Shown here in pieces: positions 43,101 to 64,000 of a stretch of 64,000 nt of DNA. The stretch is taken from contig NC_043025.1 in assembly GCF_006345805.1 (NCBI RefSeq), positions 16,368,001 through 16,432,000 on the forward strand, read 5' to 3'. Under the pieces are notes generated by a model. The model ran no database searches. It was not told where the DNA came from and saw only the letters and a list, made by a program, of their open reading frames with translations. The DNA is from Octopus sinensis. Its lineage: Eukaryota. A program made the translations under genes and the position numbers. Numbering within the stretch: position 1 is the first letter of the stretch; each line of letters opens with the position of its first letter.

Positions 43101-45156
43101 AAGGTAACGACTCTTCTCTCCCTCACTTCAACCAATATTTGTTCCCTTTCTGTCCCTTTTCCTCTCCAATCCCCTGCCAGAAACATTGATTCTTCATAGC
43201 GTTTTGTATATGTTTATGTGGATAGAAAGAAACCCACAAAACTGCAAGATCCATGTAGAGAAAGCTCCTCATACACACGTAGTGTGCCAAAAAAGCATTC
43301 AAGTATATCAGCAGCAATAATATTCATCATCAATTAACATCTGTAGTCCATGCTGGCATGGGCTGATGGGGGCTGCACCAGACACGAGTCTGATCTGTCA
43401 TGGTTTCCACAGCTGGCTGCCCTTCCTGGGGTGCTTTTACATGGCACTGCTTTCATGTGGCACCACACAGAATATTATTTAAGAAAATAAACCAACAAAG
43501 CAATGGTCTTCCCAGAAACCACCATTGTCCATATTGTAATTTCTCAGTCAGATCATGTGCTGTCTTAAAATGTTCATATCTTTAGTAAAAGGCTACAGTG
43601 GAAGACACTTGGCCAAGGTGCCATGCAGTGGGCCTGAACCTGGGGTCACGTGGTTATGAAGCAAGCTTCTTACCACACAACCACACTCGCACCTGTATAG
43701 GGACTCTGTTTCTGAACACTATGAACACTTTCAAAAACTTGCTTTGGTTTTTCCATAAGCAAGTCCAGGACCTTCTGTGATTCGCTCTTGATCTTGACAG
43801 CAGTGTTGAAATGGTGACCTTTGAGCTGTGTTTTCCTCTTAGAGAAGAGATGGAAGTCCACGGGTGCTAAATCTAGCAAATAGAACCGGTGCAGGAGTGA
43901 TAGCATGTTGTTTCTGACAAAACAACTCACAAGAGAAGAGAGCTCGATGACAGGCTGCAACTGTTGCTGTGAAGAAGCCAATTCTTTGTGCTCCACAGAC
44001 ACGGTCGTTTTCAGTGAATGTCCTTTCGCAAACACTTCAAAATGTCACAGTTGAACTCTCGAGTGACGCTGTAGTGGCTTCATGAGAACAGAACCTCTGT
44101 TAATGAGTTTGCTGGACAATGAAGCGTGATCAAATTCTCGTTAACTTGGTGTGACGTGCGTGACAAAAGAACAAAAAACCTGGGTGTGACGTACGTGATA
44201 CTGAGTTTCACGTCGAAGACGTTGCTGTGTTGACCTGGGAAAAAATTCTCTCAAATAACATGATTTGGATGAAAAGGAACCACTTCCTCATACCTTTACA
44301 GGTAGATAATAACTTTCTGTCTGGGCCATTCTAAACATGTTTAAAAGCCTGCTTTGGTTTAACTTTCATAGGAAAGGCCCAGCTGGAGCAGGGCAGCTAA
44401 ACGTGCCAATGGAGACCAACAGCTTTGACATACCCAGAGGGTAGGTGCCTGGCTGCTGATTTCTGCCTCAGACATCACTAACAGGCCCTATGGAAACCTT
44501 GGACCGTAGGGGCTTTATCTTTTATCCCTGAACCATCTAATAAAAAGGGATGAGATGTATGTGGTGGGACCTTTTACAGTTTTGATCCCTCACCCCTACA
44601 ATGACCTACCAAACCCCATTTTTTATATTTAATTAACAATAATTATTTTTCTTTTCTTTTTTTCCATCACCACCAATGCTGACTTTGACCTTCAACACCA
44701 CCACCACTGCCACCACCACATCGCCATCACCACCACCACATCGCCACCACCACCATGATCATCCCTTGTCTCTTACAACTCATGCTCACCACCGCAACCA
44801 CCACTCGCACCTCCATCATCATCCTCCACCTCTACCTCCACCACCTAAACCTCCGTGATCGTCCCCCCCCACCTCTACCACTTATGCCTGCCACCAATAC
44901 CACCACCATCACCGCATATACCTCCCCCCCCCCACCAGATGAAATAGAGAAGCTGAAACAGGACATCAACAGTTTCCGCTACGATGTGGTGAACAGGTTC
45001 GATTTGCTGGAAGAGATGCAAGCGAGGATACACCAAGCACTGACAGGGGAGGAGGTGTGCGAGGTGACGAGGAGGGGGAGGAGGAGGAAGAAAAGAAAAG
45101 ACGGCAGTGACAGTGATGGGTCGGCCCAATGTGCCGATGGGGAGCAACAGAAGTGA
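718..45156 (+). CDS. TRPC: TRPC-family (short transient receptor potential) channel, 5'-partial; join(718..876,1271..1768,2313..2486,19868..20032,22284..22548,25998..26137,29676..29766,30631..30782,32899..33047,35843..36041,39663..39917,41472..41537,43037..43103,44939..45156), about 865 aa
   Basis: All exons have AG/GT ends and matching phases (2598 nt = 866 codons including stop). Motifs: ankyrin repeats, Zn motif [37 protein letters not shown] pore, [10 protein letters not shown]6, TRP box [14 protein letters not shown], pole helix [12 protein letters not shown]. Paralogue not assignable by eye. Confidence 0.95.
1271..1768 (+). CDS. TRPC: TRPC exon 2 (ankyrin repeats, Zn-binding TRP_2 region)
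   Basis: ttaacAG|IVEFLLD...[12 protein letters not shown]...[11 protein letters not shown]...[15 protein letters not shown]...KFFK|GTaagt. Confidence 0.96.
2313..2486 (+). CDS. TRPC: TRPC exon 3
   Basis: ttacAG|[20 protein letters not shown]...[12 protein letters not shown]|GTaagg. Confidence 0.95.
2917..2954 (-). ncRNA. Minimal hammerhead-like motif (CUGUUGA core) in a short insert within (TA)n
   Basis: UCUUU-CUGUUGA-A-GAGC guag GCUC-GAA-AC/GU-A-AAAGA. Confidence 0.55.
3321..5655 (-). mobile_element. 5'-truncated, frameshifted CR1/L2-type LINE (RT and 3' tail), nested in a SINE
   Basis: [57 protein letters not shown] (YADD mutated), [10 protein letters not shown]; split over four ORFs. 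Confidence 0.93.
6696..7802. repeat. Long inverted repeat (arms 6696-7162 and 7321-7802) with a direct copy of 6614-6738 in the spacer
   Basis: Arms align base by base with a few substitutions and one roughly 16-nt indel. Confidence 0.95.
7815..9345 (+). mobile_element. CR1/L2-type LINE fragment: ORF1 C-terminus (CCCH finger) plus ORF2 AP endonuclease, 3'-truncated
   Basis: [23 protein letters not shown] then stop at 8234; ORF2 [37 protein letters not shown]; TGA at 8675 and a frameshift near 8880; linker homologous to the LINE at 5200-5620. Confidence 0.9.
10255..10553 (-). mobile_element. Penelope-like element relic: GIY-YIG endonuclease C-terminus
   Basis: [21 protein letters not shown](S)E, frameshift, IHRQHIQQ...IPLSKHL...KIFSFYKC...[18 protein letters not shown]. 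Confidence 0.85.
10598..11541 (+). mobile_element. Non-autonomous Helentron/Helitron-type (Lep1/DINE-like) element with a triplicated 214-bp 3' block
   Basis: Starts ACTAGCAGTATCGCCCGCCGTTGCTCGGG; units 10900-11113, 11114-11328 and 11329-11541 each end GGACAGACACTCAC...TATATATAGAT. Confidence 0.7.
14411..14767. mobile_element. Fold-back element with about 130-bp inverted arms (14411-14540 and 14638-14767), abutting a (TA)n tract
   Basis: ATAGAATGGTTGTATACTGTC... / ...GACAGTATACAACCATTCTAT; about 4 mismatches. Confidence 0.9.
14586..14629 (-). ncRNA. Type I hammerhead-ribozyme-like motif (U4C core variant, GUU site)
   Basis: CUAGG-CCGAUGA-AGGA caacga UCCU-GAA-ACAC g GUGU-U-CCUAG; all three helices pair. 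Confidence 0.72.
15806..16863. repeat. Near-perfect 1.06-kb palindrome (arms about 520 bp, 17-nt loop at 16328-16344)
   Basis: ATTATTGGTGAATTGAAG... / ...CTTCAATTCACCAATAAT; the ORF track shows mirrored peptides on the two strands. Confidence 0.97.
17111..17149 (-). ncRNA. Second copy of the CUGUUGA hammerhead-like motif
   Basis: 38 nt identical to the copy at 2916-2953 while the flanks differ. Confidence 0.55.
17451..17485 (-). ncRNA. Hammerhead-like motif (CCGACGA core, GUC site)
   Basis: GUUU-CCGACGA-A-GAGC ucc GCUC-GAA-AU/GU-C-AUAC; helix I imperfect. Confidence 0.45.
17640..19330. repeat. Degenerate (TG)n/(TATG)n array; similar array at 12722-13045
   Basis: Direct inspection. Confidence 0.9.
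19868..20032 (+). CDS. TRPC: TRPC exon 4 (pre-S1)
   Basis: atcAG|[16 protein letters not shown]...QPKSR|GTgagt. Confidence 0.95.
20383..21585 (+). repeat. Head-to-tail array of a 520-bp element (0.27 + 2 units) ending in (AAT)n
   Basis: GATACCAGGCAGTGG recurs at 20521 and 21041; terminal GGCATGCACTGCTCTCTCACTC occurs only at the 3' end. Confidence 0.93.
21608..21920 (-). mobile_element. tRNA-derived SINE with central CTTGAGCAAGGCACTT domain
   Basis: A/B-box-like GGCTCAGTGGTTAGAGC...GAATCCC head on the - strand. Confidence 0.65.
22284..22548 (+). CDS. TRPC: TRPC exon 5 (S1, S1-S2 loop, S2)
   Basis: tttctcAG|[19 protein letters not shown]...[13 protein letters not shown]|GTaagt; phase 0/1; not shown in the ORF track. 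Confidence 0.93.
22561..23305. repeat. (TTTC)n polypyrimidine array
   Basis: Direct inspection. Confidence 0.97.
24113..25990. repeat. (TCTG/TCTA)n compound satellite with higher-order structure
   Basis: GT(C/T)GCTCTG markers at 24237, 24361, 24377, 24511, 24641, 24778, 24920, 25054, 25216. Confidence 0.95.
25998..26137 (+). CDS. TRPC: TRPC exon 6 (S2-S3)
   Basis: tctgcAG|(G)[17 protein letters not shown]...[11 protein letters not shown]...LFK|GTtggt; phase 1/0. Confidence 0.93.
26232..27035 (+). mobile_element. Two tandem copies of the dominant tRNA-headed SINE (family A)
   Basis: GTGGCTGTGTGGTAAG...GGTTCAGTCCC head, internal microsatellite, tail GGCGGTGCTCCAGCATGGCC...CTGAAACAAGTAAA. Other copies: 3057-3320 plus 5656-5822 (-), 12393-12545 (-), 13930-14245 (+), 15216-15645 (-), 23300-23710 (-), 45376-45768 (+), 51425-51835 (-), 52560-53355 (-), 61020-61385 (-); coordinates approximate. 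Confidence 0.9.
27620..27905 (+). mobile_element. tRNA-derived SINE
   Basis: TGGTTAGAGC A box and GGTTCGAATCTC B box, a non-tRNA body and a (TACA)n tail. Confidence 0.7.
28045..28475 (-). mobile_element. RTE-clade LINE 3' fragment
   Basis: [29 protein letters not shown]...RWR and C-terminal [19 protein letters not shown] finger. Confidence 0.85.
29676..29766 (+). CDS. TRPC: TRPC exon 7 (S3-S4 loop)
   Basis: ctcacAG|[31 protein letters not shown]|GTgagt; phase 0/1. Confidence 0.88.
30332..30547. mobile_element. Mariner-type MITE
   Basis: TIRs ACGAGGGGTGCTGAAAGGTTCCTG / CAGGAACTTTTCAGCCCTTCGT in a TA context. Confidence 0.75.
30631..30782 (+). CDS. TRPC: TRPC exon 8 (S4, S4-S5 linker)
   Basis: caccAG|(D)[50 protein letters not shown]|GTtagt. 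Confidence 0.96.
31490..31790 (+). mobile_element. R4/Dong-type (restriction-like endonuclease) LINE 3' end with (AAT)n tail
   Basis: [22 protein letters not shown]...[12 protein letters not shown]; similar relics at 36430-36590 (-) and 40170-40375 (-). Confidence 0.75.
31847..32389 (+). mobile_element. Solo copy of the 520-bp element, flanked by (AAT)n on both sides
   Basis: Colinear with the unit at 21043-21585, roughly 90% identical by eye. Confidence 0.85.
32899..33047 (+). CDS. TRPC: TRPC exon 9 (S5)
   Basis: aaccAG|[27 protein letters not shown]...VSFG-GA|GTgagt; phase 0/2. Confidence 0.94.
33165..35420. repeat. GACTGTGTGTACATATGA(GT)n minisatellite followed by a (TATG)n array
   Basis: Direct inspection. 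Confidence 0.95.
35843..36041 (+). CDS. TRPC: TRPC exon 10 (pore helix, filter, S6)
   Basis: ctcctAG|(D)[14 protein letters not shown]...[17 protein letters not shown]|GTgagt; phase 2/0. Confidence 0.95.
36761..38252 (+). mobile_element. Degenerate, internally deleted mariner transposon interrupted by an LTR-like insert
   Basis: TA-CGAGGTGGTATCAAAGAG terminus with a degenerate inverted copy at 38238-38252; [19 protein letters not shown], and [10 protein letters not shown] (YSPDLAP region). Confidence 0.8.
37174..37803 (-). mobile_element. Probable solo LTR (630 bp)
   Basis: TGTAATGG...CCACTACA termini (7/8 inverted match), 4-bp flanks CCGT/GCGT, interrupts the mariner frame at QTV|N; AATAAA on - at 37292-37297. 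Confidence 0.55.
38750..38870 (+). repeat. Six 20-bp tandem copies of the SINE-B 5' end
   Basis: GCTGGCAGAATTGTTAGC(T/A)A repeated. Confidence 0.9.
39663..39917 (+). CDS. TRPC: TRPC exon 11 (TRP box)
   Basis: ttgcAG|[18 protein letters not shown]...LPVPFNIL...NVAYE|GTtggt; the 3' boundary is less certain. Confidence 0.88.
40170..40375 (-). mobile_element. R4/Dong-type LINE 3' end inserted in (TAA)n
   Basis: [33 protein letters not shown], short 3' UTR, (AAT)n. Confidence 0.75.
41472..41537 (+). CDS. TRPC: TRPC exon 12 (66 nt, phase 0/0)
   Basis: tttccAG|[22 protein letters not shown]|GTaaag; stop-free and leads into the rib helix. Confidence 0.72.
43037..43103 (+). CDS. TRPC: TRPC exon 13 (rib/CIRB helix)
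   Basis: ttacAG|[23 protein letters not shown]|GTaacg; resembles TRPC VMRNLVKRYV. Confidence 0.9.
43750..44084 (-). repeat. Inverted near-identical copy of 37789-38111
   Basis: Same degenerate peptide [12 protein letters not shown]...[22 protein letters not shown] on opposite strands; one roughly 12-nt indel. Confidence 0.93.
44939..45156 (+). CDS. TRPC: TRPC last exon (pole helix, C-tail, stop)
   Basis: caccAG|(D)[20 protein letters not shown]...EQQK TGA. Confidence 0.93.
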
Positions 45157-45188
45157 GAGAGATGGGAAGGAGGGGGAGCAGCAGAAGT

Positions 45189-45228
<40 letters not shown>

Positions 45229-45350
45229 ATGGTAGTTGTAGGAACAACTGTTACACGCTTGATCAATCAAGATTGACCTGGGACTGAGTGACCCCAAAAC
45301 ATTGCATTTCTAAATCTGCCAGACTCACTTGTTGCTACCGTTAGCAACAC

Positions 45351-45356
45351 AATAAA
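45351..45356 (+). promoter_or_regulatory. Candidate polyadenylation signal of TRPC
   Basis: AATAAA about 195 nt after the stop. Confidence 0.4.
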
Positions 45357-46472
45357 ATGATGGTTTGTTGCAAATAGTGGCTGTGTGGTAAGTAGCTTGC
45401 TTACCAACCACATGGTCCCGGGTTCAGTCCCACTGCGTGGCATCTTGGGCAAGTGTCTTCTACTATAGCCTCGGGCCGACCAAAGCCTTGCGAGTGGATT
45501 TGGTAGACGGAAACTGAAAGAAGCCCGTCGTATATATGTATATATATATATATGTATGCGTGTGTGTGTTTGTGTGTCTGTATTTGTCCCCCCACCCCAT
45601 CATCGCTTGACAACTGGTGCTGGTGTGTTTACGTTCCCGTTCGGCAAAAGAGACCGATAAAATAAGTACTGGGCTTACAAAAGAATAAGTCCCGGGATCG
45701 AGTTGCTCGATTAAAGGCGGTGCTCCAGCATGGCCGCAGTCAAATGACTGAAACAAGTAAAAGAGTAAGCATCGACAGTGAAGAAGCCAAGCTATTCCCA
45801 ACTGATGAACAGCAATAACTCTGAAACTAGGTGGAGGTGCTTAGCTCCCCTGTTTGAAAACTTAAGGACACAGAATGCTTGTGTCACATGACCAACTGGA
45901 ACAGTGTTTTCCTGGGGCTAAAAAGCATTTCCTGGGACGGCCACAACAAACCATCATTATCATCATCATCATCGTTTAACGTCCGTTCTCCATGCTAGCA
46001 TGGGTTTTACGGTTCGACCGGGGATCTGGGAAGCCAGAAGGCTGCACCAGGCTCCAGTCTTATCTGGCAGTGTTTCTACAGCTGGATGCCCTTCCTAACG
46101 CCAACCACTCCGTGAGTGTAGTGGGTGCTTTTTACGTGCCACCTGCACTGGTGCCAGGCGAGGCTGGCATCAGCCACGGTCGGATTGGTGCATTTTACGT
46201 GCCACCTGCACGGAAGCCAGTCGAGGCGGCACTGGCTTCGGCCATGATTCGGATGGTGCTTTTTACGTGCCACCGACACGGAAGCCAGTCACTGTATAAA
46301 AAAAATTATTATAAAATAGCAATTTTTAAAAAAATTTACACACTGTGAATTGCTATGGAGATCCAGCAGAGTAACATGAGGGAGGAAACGGTTGAAAGCC
46401 ACTACGCTACACAATCACCTGATCTGCTAGAAATCACTCAAATCATATCGTGGTGTGTTAAAAGAAAGGATC

Positions 46473-46703
46473 CATGGTTCTCAACCATTTTTTCGCCTGT
46501 GGAATCTCACCAATTCCTAATTTTGATCCTAGCAATCATTCGTAGACTCTTTCAATTAAATATTATCAGGAATAATTACCAAAGATAAACATTTTGTGTA
46601 TTGTAAAAAAAAAAAACGAATGGTTTATTGCAGATAAATTTTATCAAGAAAATCTGATAAGGGGTCCCCCAAGGGTCACGTGATCCCCGGTTGACAACCA
46701 CCG
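46473..46703. mobile_element. hAT (Charlie-like) MITE relic
   Basis: CATGGTTCTCAACC / GGTTGACAACCACCG termini; no clear target-site duplication. Confidence 0.5.
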
Positions 46704-47624
46704 TTGCAGAGTTTGGTTCTGTGCAATAATGTGTGAATGGATGGGAGACATCTGATGATGGTGTTGCTCAATTAGAAGGGGTTTTGGGCTAAAGACCCCC
46801 CACCACCATATTGACAAAGACTAAACTGACAACAACAATTGTATTAACAATAACAAACACAATGACAACTACCACATTGACAAAAACTCTATTAACCCCA
46901 ACAATCAGATTGACAAGAACAATTGCGTTGACAGCATCATTGACACCAGATTGACATCAATGACAAGTCCTCCTCCCCCCCCACCACCAGTTTTGTCAAT
47001 AAAATATTTTGTCAGTTAATATCTTCTCATTGTTTTATTTCACTTTCTTTACCCCCCCCCATCACCTTCTTTCTCTCCTCTCGTCCACCCCCCTCTTCCC
47101 TTGTCTCTGCTTCTCCTCTGTCTCTCTCTCACATTCACACTTCTTTCTCACCTCTACTTTGGTCAATTCTCTTATTCTTGCTTCAACCTGGATGCAGTGA
47201 CATTCATGCCTTTCCAAACACAAACATGCTACACCCCCACCCCACCCCACCCCAAACACCTTATTCCTGGTTCCATCCTTTGACCAAACACTTTTACCTC
47301 AATGACACGAGAAAATTTCCCAGGTATTTGCATGATTGTATCCAGGTGCATATATCTGTGTGTGTGTGTGTGGGGGGGGGGGTCAGGCCTGCTACAACAC
47401 CACAAAAACTCAGTCCCTCCCACCTAAACCAACTAATGTTGGTGTGTTTACATCCCCGTAACTTAGCGGTTCAGCAAAAGAGACTGATATTATAAGTACT
47501 AGGCTTACAGAGAATAAGTCCTGGGGTTGATGTCTTTGACTAAAGGCAGTGCTCCAGCATGGCCGCTATCCAAATGGCTGAAACAAATAAAAGAATGAGA
47601 GATCTTTTTTTTTAAATTAAAAAA

Positions 47625-47630
47625 TTTATT
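47625..47630 (-). promoter_or_regulatory. Candidate polyadenylation signal of AFG3L2
   Basis: AATAAA on the - strand, 27 nt after the stop. Confidence 0.4.
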
Positions 47631-47656
47631 TTAAACTAAATTCTTTACAATTCTCA

Positions 47657-63691
<16,035 letters not shown>

Positions 63692-64000
63692 TCATGCGGG
63701 GTTCAACTACAGCAGTGGCTGTGATACAGGTGATACCAAAAAGTGGTGGTGGTGGTGGTGTAGCTTGTAACAGACACTACTACCACCACTACCCCAAAAG
63801 AACTTCCTCCCAAACCACCTGAAGCGCAATAAAACACACCACTACTGCCACAACCACAGCATACCATCACTTGCCACCATGTCACACCTGTATCATATAA
63901 AACACCACCACCACCAGCATACCTCTGCTGCCACCATCACCACCATACCTCTGCCTCCACCACCACCACCACCATACCTCTGCCTCCACCACCACCACCA

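Noticed and set aside
46800-46965. Cluster of TTGACA motifs resembling bacterial -35 boxes
   Set aside because: Degenerate (ACA/GAC) microsatellite in eukaryotic intergenic DNA.

Overview
Eukaryotic, microsatellite- and SINE-dense genomic DNA. The repeat families look like those I associate with Octopus (species assignment is inference). It holds two convergent, 5'-incomplete multi-exon genes. On +, a TRPC-family cation channel: 14 coding exons at 718-45156, about 865 aa, all splice phases consistent, N-terminal exon(s) outside the window. On -, AFG3L2 (m-AAA protease): last 6 coding exons at 47657-63468. Introns contain mariner relics, CR1/L2-type, RTE and R4/Dong-type LINE relics, a Helentron-type element with a triplicated 3' end, a probable solo LTR, MITEs, several SINE families and kb-scale microsatellites. 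The most notable hidden layer is Penelope-like (GIY-YIG) relics plus at least six minimal type I hammerhead-ribozyme-like motifs, mostly with non-canonical cores. One sits in the loop of a 357-bp fold-back element. There are also several near-perfect fold-back palindromes and an inverted duplication bracketing TRPC exons 11-13. The TRPC S6 gate has Thr where TRPCs normally have Ile. All folds and alignments were done by eye and none were computed.
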